A stretch of DNA of 64,000 nucleotides from positions 25,288,936 to 25,352,935 of the forward strand of contig NC_069003.1 in NCBI RefSeq assembly GCF_001194135.2, in the 5' to 3' direction. How positions within the stretch are numbered: the stretch's first letter is position 1; each line of letters starts with the position of its first letter. This document shows, one piece after another, positions 38,686-51,697 of this stretch. The position numbers and the translations under genes are program-made. The notes below the pieces were generated by a model. That model did no database searches. It saw nothing but the letters and a program-made list of their open reading frames with translations, and had not been told where the DNA came from. Origin of the DNA: Octopus bimaculoides (lineage: Eukaryota).

Positions 38686-38897
38686 CAGGGTGTCCACAAG
38701 GTCTGGGTACATGGAGTAAATAAAATCATAACATGAACAATTAAATATAAGAAATAATAATTTCTTAAAGTATGTGTTAATCCCCATGTGGGTACATGGA
38801 GTAAATAAAATCATAACATAAACAATTAAATATAAGAAATAATAATTTCTTAAAGTATGTGTTAATTCCAATGTACCCAGACTTTGTGGACACCCTG
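38686..38897. mobile_element. Tc1/mariner-type MITE with internal 85-bp tandem duplication
   Basis: TA-CAGGGTGTCCACAAGGTCTGGGTACAT...ATGTACCCAGACTTTGTGGACACCCTG-TA; unit repeats at 38704 and 38789. Confidence 0.88.
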
Positions 38898-39006
38898 TAT
38901 AATATAACTAGTATTAATATTCCAACTATCCTTTTGCCTTTCATTAACAGTCCTATGAATTCATCCACCATTTCATGAAAACAAGTTTGAAGGTCATTTA
39001 ACTCTC

Positions 39007-39038
<32 letters not shown>

Positions 39039-39890
39039 AGTATTCTATATTCACCTTTATTTTATTGCATGTGGTAAATATTTCTAAAGGTATTCCATAA
39101 ACATGTCTTCCTTTGAATTAATTACTACTTGTATTCACCTTCATTGCATGCAACAAATGTTTTTGAAGATATTCCCTAAACCTATGTCTGCTCTTGAAAT
39201 AATTTATTATATTCTTAAAATAAACACTGTCTGATATAAGAACCAATTTGAGACAAATAAAATATATAGATAAATTAATTAATTAATAAAATTGGGCGGC
39301 AATGGTGGTGGTTGTCTTCTGCTAGTGATGTAAACAAGTGCTTATATGCACTGAAAATTCCACATGAGAGGTTCTCTCATGGTAACTATCACAGTATTCT
39401 GTGTTCTAACACAACATCAACTTTTAAATGCGGATAGATATTACCTTCAATAGTGTATAATTAGTCAAAGAGTCACTCAGCAAGTAATTTGTGTGTGTAT
39501 GTGTAAGTCTTGCCAGTGACGGGTTTCTGTCTCCTATCTCAAATTGGTCCTTATAATATCTAATATCTTACCTTATCTATAATTACATTTAGAAGATCAA
39601 GGATTTCAGGTATCTTCATGTGTTCTAAGTGAACTTTTAATTACAGAAAATGTAAGATATTGAGACAGTTACTGTCCAGCATCACCACCAAATCTGCTAA
39701 ATTTCATAATACATTTTGTATTACTCATTATTTCAGAAATCCCTTCACTTATTCTTTGTGAAATGTATTTAATTCATATCAGGTAACTGCATGACTATGA
39801 ACAAGCTGCTCTCTTGATAATTAATCTTATACTGAAGTATAAAGAACATCCACTGGTTATTTTTGGCTGCTATCTAATTGACTAGTGTGT

Positions 39891-40275
39891 GGAGGCGCAA
39901 TGGCCCAGTGGTTAGGGCAGCGGACTCGTGGTCATAGGATCGCGGTTTCGATTCCCAGACCGGGTGTTGTGAGTGTTTATTGAGCGAAAACACCTAAAGC
40001 TCCACGAGGCTCCGGCAGGGGATGGTGGTGAACCCTGCTGTACTCTTCCACCACAACTTTCTCTCACTCTCTCTTCCTGTTTCTGTTGTACCTGTAATTC
40101 AAAGGGGCCAGCCTTGTCACACTGTGTCACGCTGAATATTCCCCAAGAACTACGTTAAGGGTACACGTGTCTGTGGAGTGCTCAGCCACTTGCACGTTAA
40201 TTTCACGAGCAGGCTGTTCCGTTGATCGGATCAACTGGAACCCTCGACGTTGTAAGCGACGAAGTGCCAACACAC
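39891..40275 (+). mobile_element. SINE family D, full length, with 14-bp TSD
   Basis: Head TGGCCCAGTGG / GGTTTCGATTCC; TSD AATTGACTAGTGTG at 39876 and 40276. Confidence 0.9.
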
Positions 40276-41459
40276 AATTGACTAGTGTGCTTGTGTCATC
40301 AAAACCAGTGGTTATTTCATTCTCTGATTCCTTTGTTTCAGTTTCAAATGCTTTGGGTAAATTTTGCTTATCTTAAAATTTCAAATTTTACTTGATTCTT
40401 TTATTTTCTAGGTATATATGCATTAAGACCATCTATGCTTCATCAGTCTGTAAAACTGCCAAAGTTATGGTGATAAGAATCAAGGCAATAATTTTTATTT
40501 ATTATTTATCAAAATTCCATTATCCATTAACAAAAAGAATTTCCTCCCTTAGCTACTGTGATACACAATTCTGGTGCTGATAGTTGACACATAATCAATG
40601 AATGACCATAAGGTGGAATTCTGCGTTAAACACCCTGAACTTTTTTTTTTATTTTTTGGAATTTTCAGAACATTTTTGCAAATTTGTGTTCTACACACAG
40701 GAATTCATACGATTATGCTAAAAAAAAAAATTTTTTTTGGTGTGTGTGATTTAAGGGTGATTAAGCTGTTGTTTTTAGCACATCTCACAATCACCTGATA
40801 ACTTCCTTGTTTCTTTGACACTCTCACATGTATTGATATTTTTCAATATTTTTCTCCCCATAAACACATTTAACACTAAGCATTCAGATTACTCTATCAA
40901 AAGTAACGTTTATTCATATTGCTTTGAATTCATCATGCATTATTATCTTGTAGCTTCAAGTTTTCAATGATGTAATTGCTTATTTTTAGAATGACATTGT
41001 AGGATAGGTGTGAGAGGCCAGATCTGGCCACTTTGAACATAAAATAGATAGAATATTTTGGCTGGATATGGCTTGTTTAAATGCTGAGGGATTAATGGAA
41101 TAATGGTGCACCCAGTGATGGAACTTTTAGGATTTATGGGGAGGAGATTTTTTTTTTTTTCATAATTGCATGAATTCCCATTTGTAGAACACAAATTCAC
41201 GAAAACTTTCTGAAAATTTCCAAAAATAAAAAACTTATGAGGGGTTATATGAGGTGCTTAAACCAGAATTCTGCTAATCATAACATACAAGCACACATCA
41301 AATGCAGGTATAGCCAGCCACGTTTGACAAGTTTGTTTTGCAGGTTCAATCTCACTGCTGTACAGCATACCTTGGGCAAGTGTCTTTGAGTGTGACTTCA
41401 GGTTGACCAAAGCCTAGTGAATGGAATTTAGAAGATGGAAACAGTGGAAGCACTTCATG

Positions 41460-41569
<110 letters not shown>

Positions 41570-41781
41570 TGTGAATTTGTTGTACCTGTATTTGTGTTTA
41601 CCACTATGTCAAGATATGTTCCTTTATATCAAGAGGGTAACTTAGCCATTTGAGAAATAAAGGTTGTTAAAATAAGTACCATACTGAAATGTATCCTGGG
41701 GTAGAATATAATTGATTAGAGCCCTTAAAGGTAGTGCTCCAGCAAGGCCACAATCCAATGATTAAAACCTGTAAAAGAATA

Positions 41782-42022
41782 AGGCGGTGAGCTAGCAGAA
41801 ACGTTTGCACGCCGGGCGAAATGCTTCGCTGTATTTCGTCTGCCGCTACGTCCTGAGTTCAAATTCCGCCGAGGTCGACTTTGCCTTTCATCCTTTCGGG
41901 GTTGATAAATTAAGTATCAGTAACGCACTGGGGTCGATGTAGTTGACTTAATCCGTTTGTCTGTCTTTGTTTGTCCCCTCTGTGTGTAGCCCCTTGTGGG
42001 CAGTAAAGAAATAAAGAAATAA
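41782..42022 (+). mobile_element. SINE family C (tRNA-like head; central GCCTTTCATCCTTTCGGGGTCGATAAATTAAGTACC block)
   Basis: Copies at 131-259, 3732-3917, 21794-21987(-), 23903-24090, 37992-38195, 46190-46364(-), 50065-50285, 52054-52460 (tandem pair), 63594-64000; two alternative 3' tails. Confidence 0.88.
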
Positions 42023-42370
42023 GAATAAGCACATTTTCCCCTTTTTTTTCTCCTCTTGAAAGAATGGTGGAGGTTGTCCTTGTGTATATTTCAATCTTTT
42101 TTCTATTATTTCTTTGCTTATCCACAGTGAGTTAATTCTAAAGAACTCTATTTTATGGAGCTCTCAGTGACTTGGTCGGCATTTTGCTAACTAGCAATAC
42201 TGAGTTCAAATTGTACTATGGGTGTGGATTGAAGAGGGATAGCCTACGTTGTTGTTGTTCTTTAGCCCAAGGTTATCCTCATTGAGCCGACCTATGATTA
42301 GAGATGTTCAAGCATCCATGTTCTCCTCCCATTTAAAAAAAATTTTTTCAGGGGTATAATGTATTCAGAG

Positions 42371-42438
<68 letters not shown>

Positions 42439-42448
42439 TTAGAGTGTG

Positions 42449-42485
<37 letters not shown>

Positions 42486-42573
42486 GAGAACTTATGAAAA
42501 AAACAACAGACGAGGACAGGTGGTGTAAACAACAAAAGGATGTATTAGTTTAACACTCGGGAATAGAGAAAGT

Positions 42574-42607
42574 CTTTAACGTTTCAAGCTACACTCTTCA
42601 ACAGAAG
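42574..42607 (-). ncRNA. Second degenerate minimal hammerhead motif (Penelope-like remnant)
   Basis: Minus strand cuu-CUGuUGA-agag[uguag]cuu-GAAAcgUUA-aag; palindromic AACGUU stem III; core A6 replaced by U. Confidence 0.5.
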
Positions 42608-43346
42608 GAATAAGGAGAAGAACACGGAGAAAAAAAACACGGAGAAAAAAATTGGGAGAAAAAAAACATGGAGAAAAAAATTTGAATGTTATGGTCAGCG
42701 ATCTATCATAGCAGTCAAATCTTCCTTTATTGTGTCCATAGGATAGAGCACATCAAATAATGTAGTCCTAGATACTCATAACAAAGATAGGATCATCATG
42801 GGTAGAATTTGGGACTAAACAACAACATTTTCTCCTTTCCCATTCTTATGTCTTTTAATATTCAGATTTTTCTGTCAAAACAGTTTTCAAATTATAAACC
42901 AAACAAGCAGTTTTCATTATTTCTTGACAACATAATACCGTCACTTGTATTATGAATATCTTTAGATGCAGTTACCATGGGGCTCTGTTGTTGTATGCCA
43001 TCCAGCAACTTCCATTCTGTACAATCAGCAAAGCTACCATACACAGGATTTTCTACATTAATCCAGTAATCCTGTACTTTAATTATATAAGGGTCAAAAG
43101 ACAAAGTCAACCTTGGTGAGATTTGAATTCAGACTGTAAAAGGCTGTGACTAAATACTGCAAAGTTTTGTGTCTTCTGTTTACCAATCTACTGGATTATG
43201 AATTAAGGAGACCATATTCTACTGATAAATTAGTATGTGCATGGAAATATTTCATATTTCACATAAACTAACAAACTTTTCTTTACTAAATTCCTGTTAC
43301 TGCTTACTGAATTATCACAATGTCTTTGTTATCTGTCTATTTTCAG

Positions 43347-43421
43347 TGGCGGCGATTTAATTTCTTTGAAAAAGAAAGCACTTACTACCCAGATACCAAT
43401 GAAATATTTGACAAATTAAAG
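43347..43421 (+). CDS. VPS11: VPS11 exon 2
   Basis: tttcag|WRRFNFFEKESTYYPDTNEIFDKLK|gtgag, 75 nt. Confidence 0.93.
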
Positions 43422-43482
43422 GTGAGAGGCTTATAAATTCCACCCTCTTTTTGTTTTTTTTGCTACTTTATTTTGATCAAGT

Positions 43483-43883
43483 GGAGGCACACTGGCCCAG
43501 TGGTTAGGGCAGCGGACTCGCGGTCATAGGATTGCGGTTTCGATTCCCAGACAGGGCGTTGTGAGTGTTTATTGAGCCAAAAACACCTAAAGCTTCACGA
43601 GGCTCTGGCAGGGGATGGTGGCAAACCCTGCTGTACTCTTTCACGACAACTTTCTCTCACTCTTACTTCCTGTTTCTGTTGTGCCTGTATTTCAAAGGGT
43701 CAGCCTTGTCACACTCTGTGTCACGCTGAATATCCCCTGAACTACGTTAAGGGTACACGTGTCTGTGGAGTGCTCAGCCACTTGCACATTAATTTCACTA
43801 GCAGGCTGTTCCGTTGATCGGATCAACTAGAACCCTCGACGTCGTAAACGACGGAGTGCCAACAACAACAACAACAACAACAA
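43483..43883 (+). mobile_element. SINE family D, full length, with (CAA)n tail and 12-bp TSD
   Basis: TSD ATTTTGATCAAG at 43470 and 43884. Confidence 0.9.
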
Positions 43884-46800
43884 ATTTTGATCAAGAATCA
43901 CGGAGAAGAAAATCAAAGAATTCCACATTATAGTATATTGCTATTTGAAATACAGTATTTTATACTCTCATAGGAGCCTATATGTGCATGCATATATTAT
44001 TGCTTGAAAATTTAGTAACTAGTGGAACACATGAATATTTCAAGGAATTAATGGTAAACTTATTGGGTTATTTCTGAAAACTTTATCCAAAAGACCTGAT
44101 AGGTTATGTACTAGGCTTACAAAGAATAAGTCCTGGGGTCAGTTTGTTCAGCTCAAGGTGGTGCTCCAGCATGGCCAAAATCAAATGACTGAAATAAGTA
44201 AAAGAATATATATATACCAATCCACCACAGCAGAATTGATACTAGCGTTGGTGCCACATAAAAAGCACTCAGTACAGTCTGTGGAATGGTTGGTGTTAGG
44301 AAAGCCATGCATGCAGCCATGGAAAACCATGCCAGAACAGACAATGGAACCTGGTGTGGCACCTGGCCTTACCAGCTCCAGTCAAACCTTCCAACCCATA
44401 CCAGTTTGGAAAACAGACATTAAATGAGGATAAAAACTAGGATCCACATTCTGACTGAAATATTCTTTTGGTGGATATCTTCAGAATTTAGAGGTTAGTT
44501 GATTGTAGCTTACAACAAACGCACCTTCTTACACCCATTTGCTTAATGCTAGTTCTCATATGAACTTTAGAAAAACATAGTTTAGTAAAGAAATTTAAGG
44601 GTGAAAAACAGAATACTTAGAAATTAAAATAATTGGTATTGCTGAAACTTGGTGACTTCTAGTTATTAACCTCATTTTCTTCTTTCTTTTTGTTTTTGTT
44701 TGTATCTTTGTTTGCATATCTTTTTAACTATTAACCTCATTTTTAGAGCTGAAAAATTGTTACATCCAGCAGTAAAGTGCCTAATGGATTAGTGTCTTTG
44801 GGCCATCTAAAACCTTGTGAGTAGATTTGATAGACAGAAGCTGCAAGAAGCTCAACATATATATATATATATATATATATAATTATGTGTATTTTTTCTA
44901 TCTTAATGAATAAAAATTCTTCTGATAGAATAAATGGGTTAATAGACACCAATGTAGCAAAGGACACNNNNNNNNNNNNNNNNNNNNNNNNNNNNNNNNN
45001 NNNNNNNNNNNNNNNNNNNNNNNNNNNNNNNNNNNNNNNNNNNNNNNNNNNNNNNNNNNNNNNNNNNNNNNNNNNNNNNNNNNNNNNNNNNNNNNNNNNN
45101 NNNNNNNNNNNNNNNNNNNNNNNNNNNNNNNNNNNNNNNNNNNNNNNNNNNNNNNNNNNNNNNNNNNNNNNNNNNNNNNNNNNNNNNNNNNNNNNNNNNN
45201 NNNNNNNNNNNNNNNNNNNNNNNNNNNNNNNNNNNNNNNNNNNNNNNNNNNNNNNNNNNNNNNNNNNNNNNNNNNNNNNNNNNNNNNNNNNNNNNNNNNN
45301 NNNNNNNNNNNNNNNNNNNNNNNNNNNNNNNNNNNNNNNNNNNNNNNNNCACCACCTTTAGTCGAGCAACTCGACCCCAGGACTTATTCTTTGTAAGCCT
45401 AGTACTTATTCTATCGGCCTCTTTTGCCGAACCGCTAAGTTACGGAGACGTAAACACACCAGCATCGGTTGTCAAGTGACAGTGGTGGGGGGGACAAACA
45501 CAGACACACAAACATACATAAATATATATATATACATATATACGACGGGCTTCTTTCAGTTTCCGTCTACCAAATCCACTCACAAGGCCTTGGTCGGTGC
45601 GAGGCTATAGTAGAAGACACTTGCCCAAGGTGCCACGCAGTGGGACTGAACCTGGAACCATGTGGTTCATAAGCAAGCTACTTACCACACAGCCACTCCT
45701 ATATAATATTTGTGTGTCTTTGTGTTTGTTCCCATAACTTAGCAATTGAATAAGTACTAGGCTTTAAAAAAAATAAGTACTGGAGTCGATTCGTTTGACC
45801 AAAATTCTTCAAAGCAGTGCCCCAGCATGGTCACAGTCTAGTGGCTGAAACAAGTAAAAATAATAAATGAGTGAATATTAGACTGTTTGACACAGTGTTG
45901 TAATATTTTTTTTTTTTATTTTCATCTATAGAAAATATGTAGTTAATTATCTGAAAAATAAAGTGGAATTTGTTGATGAAGTTTGGATAATTCTAAAAAT
46001 TTGACAGGTCCAGATGAGGAATCACTTGAAGGAGTATGTTCCCAGGCCATCATCTCTTTGATTTCATTTCTGTCTGAAGATAGAGACTTCTACAATAATT
46101 CAACTTTCTAGGTGACATTTAGACTTACTAACATCTATATCATAGTGGCTTATGTGTCACCAGCTTGCTATATTGTAAATTAATATTGGTTTCATATTTT
46201 AGCAGAAGACCAGGAATTGATAAACTGGTACTTATTTTATCAACCCCAAAAGGATGAAAGGCAAAGTTGACCTCAGCGGAATTTGAAATCAGAACGTAAA
46301 GACAGACAAAATGTTGCTACGCATTTGGCCTGGCATGCTAATGATTCAGCCAGCTTACCGCCTTATTGTAAATCAATATCTCTCTTTTACTTGTTTCAGT
46401 CATTTGACTGTGGCCATGCTGGAGCACCGCCTTTAGTCGAGTAAATTGACTCCAGGACTTATTTTTTCTAAGCCTAGTACTTATTTTATCAGTCTCTTTT
46501 GCCGAACCGCTAAGTTACGGGGACGTAAACACACCACCATTGGTTGTCAAGCGATGTTGGGGGGACAAACAGACATACAAACATATACACACACATACAT
46601 ATATATACATATATACGACGGCCTTCTTTCAGTTTCCGTCTACCAAATCCACTCACAAGGCTTTGGTCGGCCCGAGGCTATAGTAGAAGACACTTGCCTA
46701 ATGTGCCACGCAGTGGGACTGAACCTGGAACCATGTGGTTCGTAAGCAAACTACTTACCACACAGCCACTCCTATATATGAAATCTTTCATATTAAGGAT

Positions 46801-47049
46801 GATGGATGAGCAGAATCTCTAGGACCTTTATTCCAAAATGCACTGTTGTATATACTTGTGAATCTTTGTTCTAAGTTCAAATCTCACAAAGGTCAACATT
46901 ACCTGTCATTCGTCCAGGATTCATAAAATAAAGTACCAGTTAAATACTGGCCTTCCTCTAAATACTGTGACCTTGTAACTAAGAAAACAATATTTAAAGT
47001 TCTTTTTAAATTAACATATTGTGTTCTCTTTACCTTCTTGTTTTAAAAG

Positions 47050-47223
47050 GATATTAATATATCTGCTTGTGCCAGTGGTCGAGGACAAATCATAATTGGT
47101 GACCACAATGGATTCCTGCATTTTATCAACCGTAAAATGGAAATCACTGAATTTGAAGCTTACAAGATCCGTGTGTCACACTTGTTTCAGATGAAGCAAC
47201 ACAATCTTTTAATTTCCATTGGA
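47050..47223 (+). CDS. VPS11: VPS11 exon 3
   Basis: aag|DINISACASGRGQIIIGDHNG...FEAYKIRVSHLFQMKQHNLLISIG|gtaagt; matches VPS11 SGRG...QAYKLRVTHLYQLKQHNIL. Confidence 0.95.
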
Positions 47224-48151
47224 GTAAGTTCCCAATTTGCCTGTTTCAAACCAAATCAATAATAATTATATTGACGAGTAAGATGTGTGTTTGTATTTTT
47301 TTAGCAAATTTATCTTGGTACAGGTAGATTTCAGAGAAAAAGTAAGAGTTGGTCACCTGTGACTCATACACTGTTCACTTTCCAGGCATTTGTACAATAC
47401 TGCACATGCTTTATGTGCACTTTTGACAAGTTGTAGTGCACCTGTGCACTGTATACAATAATTTCATTATTATTATTATTATTAAAGTGAAGCAGCCATG
47501 AACTTAATCCCTGTCATAGGGCCAGCTTAAGACCCATGGAGGCCCTAAGCACTTGAAAGATTTTGATAGTCCCATATATATGTAATTCAAAATATAAACA
47601 ATGATAAACCATAACACAAATTTTTATTTTTCAAAATGAAACAAAACTAACAGGAGGCATATGGCTAAATGGTTAGGATATTGCACTCTTGATTGTAAAA
47701 TCGTGGTTTCCATTCCTGGACTGGGACAATATGTTGTGTTCTGGAGCAAAACACTTCATTACCAGTTGCTCTGGTTCACTCAGTTGGTGAAAATGAGTAA
47801 TGCTGCAACAGACCAGCAGACATGTGATGATCAAAGATACTCCAGCTATGACCATCCTGTCTTTCTCTCAGGCATTGTATATCTAGGATTACACTGTCCA
47901 TTTTTGTTGTTCTTTTCTCAGGCATTACATATTTAGCACTACGTTTCCCAAGTTATCTCCCTTCTTTTAGGCATTGTGTATCTAGGAGCACAGTGTTATC
48001 CAATGTCTCCTCACTTTTTCAAAACAGCAGGCTTTAATTTGAAGGGGATTGAACTGATTATTTGTTGGCTTATGGAAAATTAAATAAATGTGGTAGGTTT
48101 GTCTCCAAGGAATTTGTGAATGTCTTATATAAACCCCTTTTATATTTTCAG

Positions 48152-48202
48152 GAAGATGAACAAGGGGTCAATCCTCTTATTAAAGTATGGAATCTCGATA
48201 AA
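48152..48202 (+). CDS. VPS11: VPS11 exon 4
   Basis: ttttcag|EDEQGVNPLIKVWNLDK|gtaagt. Confidence 0.95.
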
Positions 48203-48772
48203 GTAAGTGCGAAAAGAAATCCTTTTTATTCTTTTATATATTTCAGCCTTGAGACTGCAGCCATGCTGAGGCACTTATTTAATGAATAGTATTGTGTGGT
48301 AAGAAGCCTGCTTCCCAACTACATGATTCTGAGTTCAATCCCACTGCATGGCATCTTGGGCAAGTGGCTTCTACTATAGCCTTGGGCTAACCAAAGCTTG
48401 TGAGTGGATTTAGTAGGCAGAAACTGAAAGCACGCGTTTGAGATATAAATTTATTTCTGTTCTTACAATACATCTCAACACTTCTAAAAAAGAACAAACT
48501 TTGTTTGTTTACTTTCATCGTAAAGTTGAATATAAAATATATGTATTTATAAACANNNNNNNNNNNNNNNNNNNNNNNNNNNNNNNNNNNNNNNNNNNNN
48601 NNNNNNNNNNNNNNNNNNNNNNNNNNNNAAAATATACGAGGATCAGTTAATTATGATTTTATTCAACATATTCCCCTCTCAGATTCACACTTATTGCAGC
48701 AGTCTTTCAGTTTTGAAAAAATAAAGTATGGTGATATACAGAATTTCATCTGGGGTATAATGTCTGAAAAGT

Positions 48773-48803
<31 letters not shown>

Positions 48804-48957
48804 CATGTTATAATTGCTTTCCAGTGACTAAAAGAAAAAAATTTGAGTCAAGAAATGACTACAAAATAAATAGCTTTCTTTATTTATGAGTGAAAGTAGA
48901 AAGTGATTCTACTGACACCTGGCAGTAAGTAAGCACTGCCAAATGTTTAGTCTAGAA

Positions 48958-49103
48958 CAGTGTTCTGCAACCTTCTTTCACTTGTGGTACATTTATATTC
49001 TTTTCAAAATTTGGCTGCACACCTGAACTAAAGATATAGCTAATTGTATAGGGGAAAAAATTATATTCAGGTTACACTGCAGCACAGCAGTTGTAGGGCA
49101 CTG
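48958..49103. mobile_element. hAT (Charlie-type) MITE, 146 bp
   Basis: CAGTG...CACTG termini; 8-bp TSD gtctagaa / gtctagga fits the NTCTAGAN hAT-Charlie target preference. Confidence 0.75.
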
Positions 49104-49269
49104 GTCTAGGACAACCCATATGTCATAGTTTCTTTTGCCATTTTCTCACCCACTTTGTCATGAAGGTGCTCCAAAAAGATCAAGAACACTTCCCTGTCCT
49201 CTTCTGAATAAGTAATAAAAAAAAATCATTTTTTAATTTAACTCAATAAACATTTTTGTCTTTCTTTAG

Positions 49270-49335
49270 ATGGATCGAGGTATTCCATTATGTACAAGAA
49301 TTGCTCGAGCTATTCCTGGAAATAAACCTTCACAT
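49270..49335 (+). CDS. VPS11: VPS11 exon 5
   Basis: ctttag|MDRGIPLCTRIARAIPGNKPSH|gtaagt. Confidence 0.93.
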
Positions 49336-49660
49336 GTAAGTCACTTTGTTATAATTTCTGATGTTCCTTTTATTTAGAATTTTTTAATGTTATTTTGAAA
49401 AACAATTATAATATAATGCTTTTTCTTTTATTATTATTATTATTATTGGACAAATGTCTTAACTATAACCTCAGATTTACATAGGCCGTGTGAGTGAATT
49501 TGGTAGCTGAAAATTGAAATTGTATAGAAGCCTGTCATGTGTACATGAGTTTATGCACGCATCTGCTCTATTATTGAATCATGTAGCATGTATTTCCTAA
49601 GTATATACTTTCTCAATATCTATTAAAAATTGGTTAACTTATAGATTTTATGAATTTCAG

Positions 49661-49758
49661 GTAACCTGTTTGACAGTCCATGAAAACCTCAACTGGATGG
49701 CCATTGGATTTGAATGTGGCAGTGTGGTTCTTTATAAAGGAGATGTCACACGTGATCG
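49661..49758 (+). CDS. VPS11: VPS11 exon 6
   Basis: tttcag|VTCLTVHENLNWMAIGFECGSVVLYKGDVTRD(R)|gtttgt, phase 2. Confidence 0.95.
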
Positions 49759-51248
49759 GTTTGTAAAAAAAGTTCTAGAATTATTAATTGTAGAGTCACT
49801 AACTATTGTTTGTTTCTTTTATGGTTATGTATAGTTAGTATTATATATGTATTGTAATAGAGAAAAGTCTCTGTCCTTAGACCTTTCAACCTGATAAAGT
49901 TGAAAGGGTTAAGGTCTTTCTGCCAGCAGTACCCACATCAACTTTTTCAAGTTCTCACCTGTGCTGATGCCACATAAAAAGCACCCAGTCCATTTTGCGA
50001 GGTTGTTAGTGTTAAGAAGGGCATTCAGCCATAAAAACCATGCTGAAACACACACAGTAGCCTGAGCTGGCAGAAACGTTAGCACGCCGGGCGAAATGCT
50101 TATCGTTATTTTGTTTGCTGCTATGTTCTGGGTTTAAATTCCGCCATGGTCGACTTTGCCTTTCGTCCTTTCGGGGTTGATTAAATAAGTACCAGTTACG
50201 CACTGGGGTCGATATAATTGACTTAATCCGTTTGTCTGTCCTTGATTGTCCCCTGTGTGTAGCCCCTTGTGGGTAGTAAAGAAATAACACACACAGTAGC
50301 CTGGTATAGTCGTCTATCTGGCTGGCTCCTGTCAAACCTTCCAACCCATGCCAGCATGGAAGCCAGATGTTAAACAATGATGGTGTGAATGTAGAGGGAG
50401 GTGCTGTCCACAAGTGAGTGTATTAAAAGATAGGTGACAGTGGTAAAGATGGCAAGAGTGGATTGGACCCCTATAAATATAAGTTTGTAAATCAGAGAAG
50501 GGCAGTTGAAATCAACTAATCCCCCTCCCCTTAAAATTGCTGGCCTTGTGCCACAAACTCATTTTTGAGTTTGAATCCGGCCATGGTGGAGCTTTGTCTT
50601 TCATTCCTCTAGGATCAATAAAATAAAGTGCCAGTCAAGTACTGGAATTGATTTAATCAATTAACTTCTTCCCTCAAGCTTCTATCCTTGTGTCTATGTT
50701 AATAATTATTATTTGGTATTTCTTGGCACCTGTGCCCAGCGTCGCCTTTCTGGCACTTGTGCCCGTAGCATGTGTAAGGATTTTTGAGCGAGATCCTTGC
50801 CAGTGCCCCTGGACTGGCTCTTGTGCGGGTGGCACATAAAATACACTATTTCGAGCGTGACCGTTGCCAGTACCGCCTGACTGGCCTTCGTGCCGGTGGC
50901 ACGTAAAAGCACCCACTACACTCTCTGAGTGGTTGGCGTTAGGAAGGGGCATCCAGCTGTAGAAACTCTGCCAAATCAGATTGGAGCCTGGTGTTGCCAT
51001 CCGGTTTCACCAGTCCTCAGTCAAATCGTCCAACCCATGCTAGCATGGAAACCGGACGTCAAACGACGATGGTGATGATGATGATGGGTTCAAATCTCAC
51101 TTAAATCAACTTTGCCTGTCATCTTTTCAAGCTTGATAAAATAAAAATACCAGTCAAGTACTGGGACTGATATAAATGACTGACTTCATCCTCATAAATT
51201 CAGGCCATTACGTGTTGTTAAGTCACTCGTTTCCTTTGACATTTTCAG

Positions 51249-51390
51249 GCACAGCAAGTTTCGTGTTGTTTATGAAAACCAACGACCAATCACAGGACTA
51301 GGTTTTCGTATATCAGGAAAGAACATAATTTTGTTTGTGGTCACTGAAACCAGTGTCGTATCCATAAGCATCACCAGTAAGGATCAGAGG
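51249..51390 (+). CDS. VPS11: VPS11 exon 7
   Basis: ttttcag|HSKFRVVYENQRPITGLGFR...LFVVTETSVVSISITSKDQR|gtaagt. Confidence 0.93.
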
Positions 51391-51663
51391 GTAAGTTCTG
51401 TTGTTGTTGTTTAATCCCAGGTCTGCTCTGTTTGAGTGAACCTATTATGGAAAGTATTCCAACCATGACCATCTTGTTTTTTTTTAAGTTTTATGTGCCT
51501 CAGATTATATTGACCAATATGTTAACCAATATGTGCTTGAGAAGACACATCAGGCTAGGTAAAAGTCATCCATATCTACAGGCACATCCTCTACATCCCT
51601 CTCTCAGTCGAGAGATCCCTGTCTTGTCAAGCAATGATGGGGGCAAACACATATGCAGACATG

Positions 51664-51697
<34 letters not shown>

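Noticed and set aside
39891-39970. tRNA-like sequences at 14370, 25970-26043, 39891, 43483, 47660, 56713 and 61290
   Set aside because: They have A/B boxes but no complete cloverleaf with a paired acceptor stem, and continue into SINE bodies. They are SINE heads, not tRNA genes.
42892-43110. 72-aa minus-strand ORF in VPS11 intron 1 as a nested gene
   Set aside because: Its 5' part is a SINE C remnant, there is no recognisable domain, and I found no convincing splice sites.
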